A stretch of DNA of 42,387 nt from Gammaproteobacteria bacterium. GTDB lineage: Bacteria; Pseudomonadota; Gammaproteobacteria; JAJDYQ01. The notes beneath the pieces were generated by a model. The model ran no database searches. It had not been told where the DNA came from and worked only from the letters and a program-made list of their open reading frames with translations. Within the stretch, counting starts at the first letter, position 1, and each line of letters opens with the position of its first letter. The stretch covers positions 1-42,387 of the forward strand of contig JAJDYQ010000055.1 of NCBI GenBank assembly GCA_022825085.1. Reading direction: 5' to 3'. A program made the translations under genes and the position numbers. Below, in pieces: positions 1-11,448 of the stretch.

Positions 1-24
1 GATTCCTGCTTGCGCAGGAATGAC
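1..24. repeat. Short palindromic dispersed-repeat element (dRS3/REP-like), possibly cut by the window edge
   Basis: GATTCCTGCTTGCGCAGGAATGAC has a perfect 8-bp stem ATTCCTGC/GCAGGAAT (2-9/14-21). It resembles the GTCATTCCCGCG..GCGGGAATC / ATTCCC-N8-GGGAAT repeat family. Confidence 0.6.
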
Positions 25-567
25 GGGCTTTCTTTGCACCTGTGGTCCGCGCCATATCGGTCTGCTGCTACCGCCACTGTGGCAGTGCCTGCCGTCAATT
101 CCAGAATCGTATTGCTGCCGCTGGTCGGCAGCCCTTGTCCAGTATGGTTCATATTGTCTCTCTCTGGGTCAGTCGATGAATACGCTGTTTCAGCCATTGC
201 CGGTCAGACATTACTGCCTGATCAGCGTCTTTGGCCCCATTGTACACCGGTTTGACGAACAGGGGCAAGTCGCAGCATCACGCCGGCTTGTACTGAAGTA
301 TAGCATAACATTTAACCGAGCACAAAGGCGATAAGCGCATTTTTCGCGTCATCCTGCGGTTTGTTCGGCCCTGTATTGCAGGCCGGTCCGACATTACCGG
401 CTGACCTGCACCATTTGTCCATTATGTATCGACCGGCAGCATACTGCAAGTTTTCCGAACCGGCAACATTTCCAGCGGCAATCTAACATGAAAACGGGGT
501 GCCGGATCGGTTCTACGGACCGGCGGCAGGTTTCCCCGGCAGTTCCCCTGATCGGGCGGTGTTCGCA

Positions 568-1368
568 TCAGTAGCCCCAGAAGTTTTTGAGCATGTCGGA
601 ATAGCCCTGGTAAAGCCCGGAATCGGCTTCTTCAAAACCGGGCAGGTTGATTTGTTGCAGCATTTGCTGGCCTGCGGGCTGTTCGGTGGCTTCTATCAGG
701 GCGGTACGCAGGGCCGTTACGACATCTTCGGGTACGTCGGGTGATACCGATATGGCCATGTGTGGCCATTGTTCTTCTGTCGCAACGACATTCAGTCCGG
801 GATTGGCTCCGACCAGCGGGGTGGGTATGACGGCACCGTGTACGCTTTTGTCAAGGACTTTGCTGATGGCATTCTGGGCATCGGTGGCTTCAACCAGCAT
901 GGGCTGGCGCATGGGATTACCAAAAAAGGTGTCCAGTATCAGTCCGCCGCGACTCGGTGAGGCCAGACTGGCAATGCGTTTGCCGACCAGTTCGGATGGC
1001 TCAAAGGCCAGTGTGTCTTCGCCGGTTACCAGGGTAAAGCTGACCACCCCAGCCACTTTGGCGATGACTCTGTAGTCCAGTTTCTGGATGCGGTAGTCGG
1101 TCAGGTGGGCAGCATCCATGACGATATCGTACTGGCCTTTTGACATTTCCTGCCAGTAGCTGATGAAGTTGGGCGTGGTTTGCAGGCTGAGGCTTTGACC
1201 GGTGCGGTCCTGCAGGTAGTCGATCAGCGGGGTATAGGCCGCTTCGGTCTGCGAGGTCGGCAGGATCGGCTGTATAATAAAGGTGTAGGGTGCTGCAACG
1301 GTCATGCCTGATAGTCCCAGCAGCAGGATGGTCGCTATCAGTGTTCGGCTGATTGGTGTGTGCTTCAT
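568..1368 (-). CDS. PhnD/phosphonate-type periplasmic substrate-binding protein
   Basis: Signal peptide after MKHTPISR (start moved from 1491 to the ATG at 1368). PLIDYLQDRTG, YDIVMDAAH and WPHMAISVSPDV match the PhnD-like pattern. Confidence 0.7.
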   Translation of the reverse strand: MKHTPISRTLIATILLLGLSGMTVAAPYTFIIQPILPTSQTEAAYTPLIDYLQDRTGQSLSLQTTPNFISYWQEMSKGQYDIVMDAAHLTDYRIQKLDYRVIAKVAGVVSFTLVTGEDTLAFEPSELVGKRIASLASPSRGGLILDTFFGNPMRQPMLVEATDAQNAISKVLDKSVHGAVIPTPLVGANPGLNVVATEEQWPHMAISVSPDVPEDVVTALRTALIEATEQPAGQQMLQQINLPGFEEADSGLYQGYSDMLKNFWGY

Positions 1369-1579
1369 GGTTTTCAGTGCCTTGTACAGGGGCCTCGTGT
1401 GGCTGTCGTCAGGGTGTTTGGGCGGTTTCCGGCATTTCCATATCGACATTATAGTATAGATGTCAGCATTTTCATCAATATGTGATTGCATGTTTTTTCC
1501 TGTTTTGATGTGAACCGGGGCTTGATGATTTTTTTGAGCGGCCTAAACTGTGTTCTTTTGCTGCCTGGAGGGTAGTGTC

Positions 1580-2137
1580 ATGGTCAGTCTGGAAACTCCG
1601 GTTTGTGATTTTAACCGGCCTGCAATCGATTTTTCGCTGTCCGGCGTCGATGGCAGGACATGGTCATTAGAGGATTGTGCGGGCGAAAAGGGCCTGCTGG
1701 TCATGTTTATCTGCAATCATTGTCCTTATGTGAAGGCTGTCAGGGACAGGATTGTGCGCGATACGGATGAGCTTAAGCAACTGGGATTGCATAGTGTCGC
1801 TATCATGTCAAACGATGCAACACAGTATGAGGAGGATTCTTTTGTGAATATGCAGAAGGTCGCCGAGGAGTGCCGCTTTGGCTTTCCTTATCTGCTGGAT
1901 GAGACTCAGGCTGTCGCCAGGGCCTATGGCGCGGTGTGTACGCCTGATTTTTTTGGCTATAACGCCGATCTGAAGTTGCAGTACCGCGGTCGCCTGGATG
2001 AAAGCCGCAAGGAGGCAGCCAGCCCTACGGTACGACGGGATCTTTTTGAGGCCATGAAGCTGGTCGCCGAGACAGGTCAGGGTCCGACCGAGCAGATCCC
2101 CAGCATGGGGTGTTCCATCAAGTGGATTGGTGAGTAG
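1580..2137 (+). CDS. Thioredoxin/AhpC-TSA family protein
   Basis: FICNHCPYV CxxC motif, GAVCTPDFF and C-terminal PSMGCSIKW. GGAGGG RBS before the ATG at 1580. Confidence 0.9.
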   Translation: MVSLETPVCDFNRPAIDFSLSGVDGRTWSLEDCAGEKGLLVMFICNHCPYVKAVRDRIVRDTDELKQLGLHSVAIMSNDATQYEEDSFVNMQKVAEECRFGFPYLLDETQAVARAYGAVCTPDFFGYNADLKLQYRGRLDESRKEAASPTVRRDLFEAMKLVAETGQGPTEQIPSMGCSIKWIGE

Positions 2138-2425
2138 TAGAGTTTCTTCTCGACGGTCGGTGTGTTTCTCTGCAATGAGTGGCAACCGGCCCCTTCTATT
2201 CTGTCTGTTTATGTACCCATAAGCGATATTGCCTGTCTGGTGTGTTGCGGGTCGCTGATGGTTCGGTGATAATGGTCGGTCTTGTTACCGGCATGTGGAA
2301 TCAGATTGTCAGGGAATCAGACCGTCAGGATGGTTCTTGCCACGATATTGCGGAATGGGGCTGATCTTTGCCGTCGGCACCGCCGGGTTTGATGGTTGCC
2401 GGGTGTATTTCTTGAGGAGAATGTT

Positions 2426-4423
2426 ATGCCGTCGCGTTTTGAGCTGGCAAACGCTGTCCGCGCGTTAAGCATGGATGCCGTACAAAAGGCCAATTCCGGC
2501 CATCCGGGTGCCCCCATGGGTATGGCGGATATCGCCGAGGTGCTCTGGAATGATTATTTGAAACATAATCCGGCCAATCCGCACTGGGCGGACCGTGACC
2601 GCTTTGTGCTTTCCAACGGTCATGGCTCCATGTTGATTTATGCCCTGCTGCATTTGACCGGCTATGAGATGGGCATGGATGATCTGAAAAATTTCCGGCA
2701 ACTGCATTCCAAAACACCGGGACACCCTGAGTATGGTTATGCTCCCGGTATCGAGACAACGACCGGCCCGCTGGGACAGGGTGTCAGTAATGCCGTTGGT
2801 ATGGCTGTCGCCGAGCGTGCGCTGGCAGCGGAGTTTAATCAAGACGGTCATGTCATCGTTGATCATTATACTTATGTGTTTTTAGGCGACGGTTGTCTGA
2901 TGGAGGGCATCTCGCATGAGGTCTGTTCGCTGGCGGGTACGCTGGGGCTCGGCAAGTTGATCGCTTTCTGGGATGATAATGGCATTTCTATCGATGGCCA
3001 TGTCGAGGGCTGGTTCACCGATGATACGCCGGCTCGTTTCGAGGCTTATGGCTGGCATGTGGTGGCCGGTGTCGATGGCCATGATGCGCAGGCCGTCAGC
3101 AGGGCTGTCGAGATGGCTCGTTCCGTAACTGACCGACCTTCCCTGATCTGTTGTAAAACAACGATTGGTTTCGGTTCTCCCAATAAGGCCGGTTCCCATG
3201 CCTGCCATGGCGCACCTCTGGGCGTTGATGAGGTCGCGCTGGCCAGAAAGGAGCTGGGCTGGACACATGATCCGTTTGTTGTGCCTGATGAGATTTATGC
3301 CGGCTGGGACGGTCGGGAAAAAGGTCAGGCCGCTGAGGCAGCCTGGAATGACCGGTTCGCTGCTTATGAGGCTGCCTGCCCCGAACTGGCTGCCGAGTTC
3401 GAGCGCCGCATGGCGGATAAGCGTCCCGATAACTGGGCGAAACAGGTGGAGAGGTTTGTTGCTGAGTGCAGCCGTAACGCTGAAAGCAAGGCAACCCGAC
3501 AGGCTTCTCTGGCCGCCATCGAGCATTACGCCGGACTGGCACCTGAGTTGTTCGGCGGTTCCGCTGACCTGGGTTGCTCAAATCTGACGGAGTGGCCCGG
3601 TTACCGACCCATGCGGGCCGATATGCCGGATTGTAATTATATCCATTATGGTGTGCGTGAGTTCGGTATGTCCGCCATTATGAATGGTATTGCTTTGCAC
3701 GGTGGCCTGGTGCCGTTCGGTGCTACTTTTCTGATGTTTTCTGATTATTCGCGTAATGCGCTTCGTATGGCAGCCCTGATGAAGGTGCATTCCGTGTTTG
3801 TCTTTACCCACGATTCAATCGGTCTGGGTGAGGACGGACCAACCCATCAGGCGGTCGAGCAGCTTCCCGCATTGCGTATGATCCCGAATATGGATGTGTG
3901 GCGTCCGTGTGATACGGTAGAGAGCGCTGTCGCCTGGGCTGCCGCTGTCGAGCGCACCGATGGCCCGTCCTGTCTGGTCTTTTCCCGGCAAAAACTGCCT
4001 CATCAGGAGCGAACTTCCGAACAGATTGCCGGCATCAGCATGGGTGGGTATGTCCTGCTGGATTGTGACGGCACACCCGATGTCATCGTTATTGCCACGG
4101 GTTCGGAGGTCGGCATTGCCATGCAGGCTGCCGCTGCCAGCCGTAAAAATGTGCGTGTGGTTTCGATGCCTTCCACCAGTGTCTTCGACAGGCAGGAGGC
4201 TGATTACAGGGAGTCTGTGCTGCCGCCTTCTGTTACGGCACGGGTGGCGGTCGAGGCCGCCGCATCGGATGGCTGGTATAAGTATGTCGGCACCGGCGGC
4301 AGAGTGGTCGGCATGGATCGTTTCGGCGAGTCCGCTCCTGCCGATGAGCTGTTCAGGCATTTCGGCTTTACCGCCGAGCATGTCGGCACGGTGATTGATG
4401 AGGTATGCACAACCGAAAGGTAA
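2426..4423 (+). CDS. tkt: Transketolase
   Basis: [30 protein letters not shown] motif and [24 protein letters not shown] before the ATG at 2426. Confidence 0.98.
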   Translation: MPSRFELANAVRALSMDAVQKANSGHPGAPMGMADIAEVLWNDYLKHNPANPHWADRDRFVLSNGHGSMLIYALLHLTGYEMGMDDLKNFRQLHSKTPGHPEYGYAPGIETTTGPLGQGVSNAVGMAVAERALAAEFNQDGHVIVDHYTYVFLGDGCLMEGISHEVCSLAGTLGLGKLIAFWDDNGISIDGHVEGWFTDDTPARFEAYGWHVVAGVDGHDAQAVSRAVEMARSVTDRPSLICCKTTIGFGSPNKAGSHACHGAPLGVDEVALARKELGWTHDPFVVPDEIYAGWDGREKGQAAEAAWNDRFAAYEAACPELAAEFERRMADKRPDNWAKQVERFVAECSRNAESKATRQASLAAIEHYAGLAPELFGGSADLGCSNLTEWPGYRPMRADMPDCNYIHYGVREFGMSAIMNGIALHGGLVPFGATFLMFSDYSRNALRMAALMKVHSVFVFTHDSIGLGEDGPTHQAVEQLPALRMIPNMDVWRPCDTVESAVAWAAAVERTDGPSCLVFSRQKLPHQERTSEQIAGISMGGYVLLDCDGTPDVIVIATGSEVGIAMQAAAASRKNVRVVSMPSTSVFDRQEADYRESVLPPSVTARVAVEAAASDGWYKYVGTGGRVVGMDRFGESAPADELFRHFGFTAEHVGTVIDEVCTTER

Positions 4424-4478
4424 GGCTTTATGAGGTGCCGATGTTTGAAACCTCTATATTTTTTTAGGAGATTAGATA

Positions 4479-5483
4479 ATGGCTGTTCGAGTCGGTATTA
4501 ATGGCTTTGGTCGCATTGGTCGCATGGCGTTTCGCGCTATCGCAAAGGATTTCCCTGATATTCAGGTGGTCGGCATCAATGATCTGCTGGAGGCGGATTA
4601 CCTGGCCTATATGTTGAAGCATGATTCTGTTCATGGCATTTTCGACGGTGATGTCGTTGTTGATGGCAGCAATCTGGTCGTCAATGGCAACACTATCCGC
4701 CTGACAGCGGAGCGTGATCCGGCGGACCTGGCCTGGGGCAAGCTTGATGTGGATATCGTGATCGAGTGTACAGGCTTTTTTCTGACCGCGGAGAGCTGCC
4801 AGAAGCATATCGATGCCGGTGCGAAGAAGGTGGTGCAGTCGGCACCTTCCAAGGATGGTACGCCGATGTTTGTGTATGGCGTCAACCATGAGGATTATGC
4901 AGGCCAGCAGATTGTTTCTGCCGCTTCCTGCACAACGAATTGTCTGGCACCTGTCGCCAAGGTTCTAAACGATAGATGGGGTATCAGGCGTGGCTTGATG
5001 ACGACTGTTCATGCCGCTACCGCGACCCAGAAAACGGTTGATGGTCCTTCGATGAAGGACTGGCGCGGTGGCCGGGGTATCCTGGAAAATATTATCCCTT
5101 CTTCAACCGGTGCTGCCAAAGCCGTGGGTGTGGTTTTACCGGAGTTGAACGGCAGGCTGACCGGTATGGCTTTCCGTGTGCCGACTTCTGATGTTTCTGT
5201 TGTCGATCTGACCTGTGAACTGGACCGGGAGGCTTCATACGATGAGGTCTGCGCTGCCATGCAGGAGGCTGCCGAGTCGGAGAGCATGGGGGATACGCTG
5301 GCCTATACCGATGAGAAGGTGGTTTCAACCGATTTCCGCGGCAACAGCCATTCTTCTATCTTTGACGCCGAAGCCGGTATGGCCCTCGATGGTACTTTTA
5401 TCAAACTGGTGATCTGGTATGACAATGAGTATGGTTATACCTGTAATATGCTGCGCTTTGTCAGGCATGTTGCAACCGGCTGA
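4479..5483 (+). CDS. gap: Type I glyceraldehyde-3-phosphate dehydrogenase
   Basis: [20 protein letters not shown] and WYDNEYGY motifs; AGGAG RBS. Confidence 0.98.
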   Translation: MAVRVGINGFGRIGRMAFRAIAKDFPDIQVVGINDLLEADYLAYMLKHDSVHGIFDGDVVVDGSNLVVNGNTIRLTAERDPADLAWGKLDVDIVIECTGFFLTAESCQKHIDAGAKKVVQSAPSKDGTPMFVYGVNHEDYAGQQIVSAASCTTNCLAPVAKVLNDRWGIRRGLMTTVHAATATQKTVDGPSMKDWRGGRGILENIIPSSTGAAKAVGVVLPELNGRLTGMAFRVPTSDVSVVDLTCELDREASYDEVCAAMQEAAESESMGDTLAYTDEKVVSTDFRGNSHSSIFDAEAGMALDGTFIKLVIWYDNEYGYTCNMLRFVRHVATG

Positions 5484-5532
5484 TGCCATGCGATTGCCTG
5501 ACTATGGCCTGTGGAATACGCGGGTTTAATGA

Positions 5533-6714
5533 ATGCCTTTCATTAAATTGACCGATGTTGAGCTGGCCGGCAAGCGTGTTTTGATTCGCGCCGACCTGAA
5601 TGTGCCTGTCAAAAATGGCAGGGTTACTTCCGATGCGCGTATCGTGGCATCCATGCCGTCCATTGAGTATTGCATGAAGGCGGGTGCCAGGGTGCAGGTG
5701 ATGTCTCATCGTGGTCGCCCGCAGGAAGGGGCGGCTGATGATGAAAATTCAATGCGACCGATTGCTGATGATATGTCTGCCCGTCTGGGATCGGAGGTCC
5801 GTCTGATCGCAGATTATCTGGGCAGTGCTCCTGATGTGGCACCGGGTGAGTGTGTTTTGTTTGAAAATGTGCGCTTTAATGTCGGTGAGAAAGAGGACAG
5901 CAGCGAGCTGGCCAGAAAATATGCGGCATTGTGTGATGTGTTTGTGATGGATGCCTTCGGTACCGCTCATCGCGCCCAGGCTTCCACTCATGGTGCCGGT
6001 CTGCATGCACCCGTGGCTTGTGCCGGTTTGTTGTTGTCGAATGAGCTGGATAGTCTGGCCAGGGCACTGGCTGATCCGGTGCGGCCGATGCTGGCGATTG
6101 TCGGGGGTTCCAAGGTTTCTACCAAGCTGACTGTTCTGGAGGCGTTGTCGGAGAAGGTGGATCAGCTGATTGTCGGTGGCGGGATCGCCAATACTTTCCT
6201 GAAGGCCATGGGCTTTAATATCGGCCGTTCTTTGTGTGAGGATGATATGGTCAATACGGCCAGGGCTTTGATTGAAAAGATGAGGGCGCGCGGCGCGGAT
6301 ATTCCTATTGCAGTCGATGTCGTTGTCGGCAGGGAGCTTTCTGAGGGCACCGAGGCAGTTTTGAAGGATGCGGGCGATGTGGCAGACGATGATATGATTT
6401 TTGACATCGGCCCCCGCTCGGCTCAGGGGCTGGCTGAGATTATCAATAAAGCAGGCACGGTTGTCTGGAATGGCCCGGTCGGTGTGTTTGAGTTTGATCA
6501 GTTCGGCAGCGGCACCAGAACTATCGCCCTGGCTATTGCCCGTTCGGATTGTTTCTCTATAGCCGGCGGCGGCGATACGATTGCCGCTATCCAGAAGTAT
6601 GGCATTTATGATGATGTTTCATATATCTCTACCGCAGGCGGTGCATTTCTCGAATATCTGGAGGGCAGGACATTGCCTGCCGTAGCCATGTTGCAGGCCC
6701 GCACCGGCAGTTAA
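5533..6714 (+). CDS. pgk: Phosphoglycerate kinase
   Basis: [24 protein letters not shown] and [10 protein letters not shown] motifs. Confidence 0.98.
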   Translation: MPFIKLTDVELAGKRVLIRADLNVPVKNGRVTSDARIVASMPSIEYCMKAGARVQVMSHRGRPQEGAADDENSMRPIADDMSARLGSEVRLIADYLGSAPDVAPGECVLFENVRFNVGEKEDSSELARKYAALCDVFVMDAFGTAHRAQASTHGAGLHAPVACAGLLLSNELDSLARALADPVRPMLAIVGGSKVSTKLTVLEALSEKVDQLIVGGGIANTFLKAMGFNIGRSLCEDDMVNTARALIEKMRARGADIPIAVDVVVGRELSEGTEAVLKDAGDVADDDMIFDIGPRSAQGLAEIINKAGTVVWNGPVGVFEFDQFGSGTRTIALAIARSDCFSIAGGGDTIAAIQKYGIYDDVSYISTAGGAFLEYLEGRTLPAVAMLQARTGS

Positions 6715-6741
6715 TCCGGGTCTGTCGGGAAAGCGAATTCC

Positions 6742-8202
6742 ATGCCGAGAAGAACCAAGATTGTCGCTACCCTGGGACCGGCAACCGATGACCCCAGGGC
6801 GCTGGATGAGTTGATTCAGGCCGGCGTTGATGTTTGCCGTATCAATTTTTCGCATGGCTCGGCCGGGGAGCATAAGGCGCGTGCGGAGACTGTTCGCAAC
6901 CGCGCCCGCGCCTGTGGACGTCAGGTTGGTATTATTGCCGATCTGCAGGGCCCCAAGATCCGTATCGGTGCGTTCAGGGATGGCTCGGTTGAGTTGTCTG
7001 AAGGTGCCATGTTTTCGCTGGATGCGAATATGGATATTGAAGCCGGCCATGAAACGGCTGTCGGTATTTTGTATAAGGCATTGCCCGGCGATGTGGCCCG
7101 TGGCGATACTCTGTTGCTCGATGATGGTGCCATTGTGTTGTGGGTCGATGATGTGGATGAGGCTGAAATACGCTGCCGTGTGGTGGTCGGCGGGGTGCTT
7201 TCCGACAAGAAGGGTATCAATAAACAGGGCGGTGGCCTGTCGGCTGCCGCATTGACCGAAAAGGATATGCAGGATATTAAAACGGCCGCTGACCTTGAGG
7301 CCGATTATCTGGCATTGTCTTTCCCTCGAAACGCTAAAGATGTCAATATGGCCCGTGACCTGTTTTATAAGGCCGGCGGGCATGGCGGTTTGATCGCCAA
7401 GATCGAGCGCGCCGAGGCGCTGACCAATATCGAGGAAATCATTGAGGCTTCCGATGTCATTATGATTGCCCGCGGCGATCTCGGTGTTGAAATCGGCGAC
7501 CCGGAGTTGCCGGGCGTGCAGAAAAAACTGGTCGCCAGGGCCCGAAAAATGAACCGCGTAGTGATCACGGCTACACAGATGATGCAGTCCATGATCGAGA
7601 ATCATACGCCAACCCGTGCCGAGGTGATGGATGTAGCCAATGCCGTGCTGGACGGGACGGATGCGGTCATGCTGTCGGCCGAGACTTCTGTCGGTAAGCA
7701 TCCGGCAAAAGTGGTGGCTTCTATGGGCAAAATCTGCCTCGGCGCAGAGAAGCAGCGCGAGGCCATGATTTCCACTCATCGTACAGGTACTACTTTTGAC
7801 TATATTGATGAGGCCATCGCCATGGCTACCATGTACACCGCCAATCATCTGGGAGTGACGGCCATTATTTCTCTTACCGAGTCCGGTTCGACACCTCTGT
7901 GGATGTCCCGTATCAGTTCGGGTATCCCCATCTATGCAATGACTTCAAGTGTGAAAACACGTCGCCGGGTAACATTGTATCGAGGCGTCTATCCCGTCAG
8001 CTTTAAGCCGGATTTTTCCGATCACGCTATCGTCAATAAGGAGGCCGTCGATGATCTGGTGCGGCGCGGTGCTGTGCGTGACGGGGATCTGGTCATTATT
8101 ACGAAAGGCGATTTGGCCGGCACCGCCGGCGGAACCAATACGATGAAGGTTGTTAAAGTCGGAGGATTACATACTCCGGAATATTGTAAAATCGATCCGT
8201 GA
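6742..8202 (+). CDS. pyk: Pyruvate kinase
   Basis: RRTKIVATLGP, DLQGPKIR, ARGDLGVE and DGTDAVMLSAET motifs. Confidence 0.98.
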   Translation: MPRRTKIVATLGPATDDPRALDELIQAGVDVCRINFSHGSAGEHKARAETVRNRARACGRQVGIIADLQGPKIRIGAFRDGSVELSEGAMFSLDANMDIEAGHETAVGILYKALPGDVARGDTLLLDDGAIVLWVDDVDEAEIRCRVVVGGVLSDKKGINKQGGGLSAAALTEKDMQDIKTAADLEADYLALSFPRNAKDVNMARDLFYKAGGHGGLIAKIERAEALTNIEEIIEASDVIMIARGDLGVEIGDPELPGVQKKLVARARKMNRVVITATQMMQSMIENHTPTRAEVMDVANAVLDGTDAVMLSAETSVGKHPAKVVASMGKICLGAEKQREAMISTHRTGTTFDYIDEAIAMATMYTANHLGVTAIISLTESGSTPLWMSRISSGIPIYAMTSSVKTRRRVTLYRGVYPVSFKPDFSDHAIVNKEAVDDLVRRGAVRDGDLVIITKGDLAGTAGGTNTMKVVKVGGLHTPEYCKIDP

Positions 8203-8292
8203 TATTATTCTTGATAAGCGGAAAACAAGTAACCGGGGAAATTCTGTTAATGTGCGGGTTTCCCCTCAATTTTAATATGTGAGGAGATAATT

Positions 8293-9357
8293 ATGGCTCT
8301 TATTTCAATGCGGCAGTTACTCGACTATGCCGCGGACAATGACTTCGGTATGCCGGCTTTCAATGTGAATAACATGGAGCAGGTTCATGCTATCATGCAG
8401 GCAGCAGATGCGGCAGACAGCCCGGTTATCATGCAGGGTTCGGCCGGTGCGCGTTCCTATGCGGGCGAACCGTTTTTGCGCCATCTGGTTACAGCGGCTA
8501 TTGAGCAGTATCCACATATCCCGGTCGTTATGCACCAGGACCACGGCGCAGAACCGGCGGTTTGTCTGCGTTCTATCCAGTCCGGCTTTTCATCCGTTAT
8601 GATGGATGGTTCATTGATGCCGGATATGAAGACTCCGGCTACCTTTGAATATAATGTCGATGTCACCCGCAAGGTTGTCGAAATCGCCCACGCCGGTGGT
8701 GTTACCGTGGAGGGTGAGTTGGGTTGCCTGGGTTCTCTGGAAACCGGTGAGATGGGCGAGGAGGATGGTCACGGTGCCGAAGGCAAGCTGGATATGGATA
8801 TGCTGTTGACGGACCCTGAAGAGGCCGCCCGGTTTGTCAAAGAAACCGCCGTTGATGCACTGGCTATCGCTATCGGCACTTCTCATGGTGCCTATAAGTT
8901 CACGAAAGAGCCTACCGGTGATATTCTGCGCATTGATCGTATCAAGGAAATTCACAGGCGCATTCCCGATACGCATCTGGTTATGCACGGTTCTTCTTCT
9001 GTACCCCAGGATTGGCTGGAAATCATCAATAGCCATGGCGGTGATATGGGCCAGACTTATGGCGTTCCGGTCGAAGAAATTCAGGAAGGCATCAAACACG
9101 GGGTGCGTAAGGTGAATATTGATACGGACCTGCGCATGGCTTCTACCGGTGCGATCCGCAGGCATTTAACGGATAACCCAGCCAACTTCGACCCGCGCAA
9201 GTTTCTGAAGGCTTCCACTGCAGCGATGAAAGATATTTGTCAGGCGCGCTTCGAGGCTTTCGGTTGTGCAGGTCATGCCGCCAAAATCAGGCCTGTCTCT
9301 CTGGAAGATATGGTTGCCCGTTATGCCGGCGGGGAGCTGGAACCCAAGGTTAGCTAG
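8293..9357 (+). CDS. fba: Class II fructose-bisphosphate aldolase (CbbA-like subtype)
   Basis: [35 protein letters not shown] and KVNIDTD motifs; GAGGAG RBS. Confidence 0.97.
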   Translation: MALISMRQLLDYAADNDFGMPAFNVNNMEQVHAIMQAADAADSPVIMQGSAGARSYAGEPFLRHLVTAAIEQYPHIPVVMHQDHGAEPAVCLRSIQSGFSSVMMDGSLMPDMKTPATFEYNVDVTRKVVEIAHAGGVTVEGELGCLGSLETGEMGEEDGHGAEGKLDMDMLLTDPEEAARFVKETAVDALAIAIGTSHGAYKFTKEPTGDILRIDRIKEIHRRIPDTHLVMHGSSSVPQDWLEIINSHGGDMGQTYGVPVEEIQEGIKHGVRKVNIDTDLRMASTGAIRRHLTDNPANFDPRKFLKASTAAMKDICQARFEAFGCAGHAAKIRPVSLEDMVARYAGGELEPKVS

Positions 9358-9380
9358 CGGGATTCCGAATATCGGTGTTT

Positions 9381-11423
9381 TTACGCCTGTCGGTTCAACG
9401 ACTCTATCAGGCTATTCAGGGAGTCACAGGCGGGACGGCAGATTGTTCCCTCACAAAGGTAGGCAATCGTGCCGTCACCGGCAGGCTTGCCGGCAAGGCT
9501 TTCAGGCAGGTCCGTCGTGTCGGCCGGTATGCCAAATATCATGCAGTCGGGCCTGTATTGCTGGTGCAGGCGTTGCTGCCATTGTGACAGCGCTTCTTGT
9601 GTGCCACGCAGTATGACCGTTCTAACCGGGTGGTGGTATTCTTCCAGTGCCAGCAGCATCGAAATACATCCCTGACCTTGCTCTTTCATGGCAGGGCCGG
9701 CCGCCTGCAGGCAGCGCTCGGCTGCCCGCAGATAGTCTGTGTTGACCAGCAGGCAACCCAGTCGTTGCAGGCTGTAGGCGGCCATCGCATTGCCAGCCGG
9801 CAAGGCATCATCGGTATAGGGTTTGGGGCGCTGAATCAGGGTTTCATGATCGTGGGAGGTGAAGTAAAACCCGCCATGCTCCTTGTCTTCAAATTGTTCC
9901 AGCAGTACATCAGCAAGCCGACAGGCAAATTCGACATACCGGTTGTGCCACTGGTGTTGCAGTGATTCAAGTATGGCATCAATCAGGCAGGCATAATCAT
10001 CGAGATAGGCATTCAGATGGGCTTTGCCGTCTTTGCAGGTGGCAAGCAGACGGTTATTACGCCATAGTCGCTGGTGAATAAAGTCCAGCGCCCGCCGGGC
10101 GGAGACGGCCCATTCCGGCTTGTCACAGTAACGGGCTGCTACCGTCATGCCCTTGATTGCCAGTGCATTCCAGGATGTCAGAATTTTTTCGTCGCGGTCA
10201 GGTCGAATACGCTGCTCCCTGATATTGAACAGCTTTAGTCGGGCAGCCTGGAGTTGTTGTATTGTATCGGCATCCAGACCTGAACTCTGTCCGGCGACCA
10301 CCGTATTTTCACGGACATGCAGGTGCCATTTGCCTTCAAAATTGGTCGGTCGGTCCAGACCATAGTGTGCGCAGAATATATCGAGCTGTTGCCGAGGCAG
10401 ATGGTGGCTGATTTCCTCCGGGGTCCAGGTATAGAATTTACCTTCTTCGCCTTCCGAGTCGGCATCCAGAGAGGAATAGTACCCACCTTCGTCCGATTGC
10501 ATTTCCCGTATCAGCCAGCCAGCCGTTTCGGTGCAGGTATGCAGAAATAACGGGTTGTGATCAATTTTGAATGCCTGAGAGTAAAGTGCCAGTAATGGTC
10601 CGTTGTCGTACAGCATTTTTTCAAAGTGGGGAATCTCCCAGCGGTTGTCCACCGAGTAGCGGCAGAATCCTCCACCAAGCTGGTCGTTTATTCCGCCAAG
10701 CGCCATTTTTTCCATGGTAAATAATGCAGCATCAAGACCCTCTTTGTCCTGCTGGCCGCCGATACCACTTCGGAGTAGTCGTTCAATATTACCGGGATGG
10801 GGGAATTTGGGTGCTCTGCCAAATCCTCCCAGGGTGTTGTCAAATGTGTCTTTTAATATCTGGACGACCTGCTCTATCAGGCCGGTATCAGGTATTTTCT
10901 CACACGGTGTGCCTCTGGCAATATGGTGTAGTATCAGACCAAGTTGTTCGTTATTGTCGGCCAGTTCGGCAGGATTTTGCAGGTACCAGTCATTGACACG
11001 CTGCATAAGTTCCTTGAAGCTAATGATGCCGCGATGTGTTTCTCTGGGGAAATATGTGCCAGCAAAGAAGGGCATGTGGTTGTCTGGTTGCAGAAAAACC
11101 GTCAGTGGCCAGCCACCCGGCCGTTGTGTCAGTATCTGGTGTGCTGTCTGGTATATCTTGTCGAGGTCAGGACGCTCCTCGCGATCAACTTTTATGTTGA
11201 TAAACAGTTTGTTCATTAGCGCGGCTGTTTCCGGATCCTCAAAGGATTCATGTGCCATGACATGGCACCAGTGACAGGCCGAGTAACCAATGGATAGTAA
11301 AATCGGCCTGTTTTCAGTTTTGGCTTTGGTCAGAGCTTCTTCATTCCAGGGGTGCCAGTTGACCGGGTTTTCGGCGTGCTGTAGCAGGTAGGGGCTGGTT
11401 TGGTTTTTCAGGTGATTGGTCAT
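9381..11423 (-). CDS. YyaL/SPATA20-like protein (DUF255 thioredoxin domain plus alpha/alpha barrel)
   Basis: [35 protein letters not shown] and [10 protein letters not shown] motifs. Start set at MTNHL (11423). Confidence 0.93.
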   Translation of the reverse strand: MTNHLKNQTSPYLLQHAENPVNWHPWNEEALTKAKTENRPILLSIGYSACHWCHVMAHESFEDPETAALMNKLFINIKVDREERPDLDKIYQTAHQILTQRPGGWPLTVFLQPDNHMPFFAGTYFPRETHRGIISFKELMQRVNDWYLQNPAELADNNEQLGLILHHIARGTPCEKIPDTGLIEQVVQILKDTFDNTLGGFGRAPKFPHPGNIERLLRSGIGGQQDKEGLDAALFTMEKMALGGINDQLGGGFCRYSVDNRWEIPHFEKMLYDNGPLLALYSQAFKIDHNPLFLHTCTETAGWLIREMQSDEGGYYSSLDADSEGEEGKFYTWTPEEISHHLPRQQLDIFCAHYGLDRPTNFEGKWHLHVRENTVVAGQSSGLDADTIQQLQAARLKLFNIREQRIRPDRDEKILTSWNALAIKGMTVAARYCDKPEWAVSARRALDFIHQRLWRNNRLLATCKDGKAHLNAYLDDYACLIDAILESLQHQWHNRYVEFACRLADVLLEQFEDKEHGGFYFTSHDHETLIQRPKPYTDDALPAGNAMAAYSLQRLGCLLVNTDYLRAAERCLQAAGPAMKEQGQGCISMLLALEEYHHPVRTVILRGTQEALSQWQQRLHQQYRPDCMIFGIPADTTDLPESLAGKPAGDGTIAYLCEGTICRPACDSLNSLIESLNRQA

Positions 11424-11448
11424 TGTTGTTCCAGTTCGATGCCCCAAT

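Noticed and set aside
1369-1491. 41-aa N-terminal extension of the PhnD-like ORF
   Set aside because: The signal peptide begins at MKHTP (1368). The extension covers the AT-rich divergent promoter region.
6619-7848. 409-aa antisense ORF opposite pyk, and similar shadow ORFs over tkt, fba, mrdA and pilU
   Set aside because: They have no recognisable motifs and are the expected result of codon bias in the real genes.
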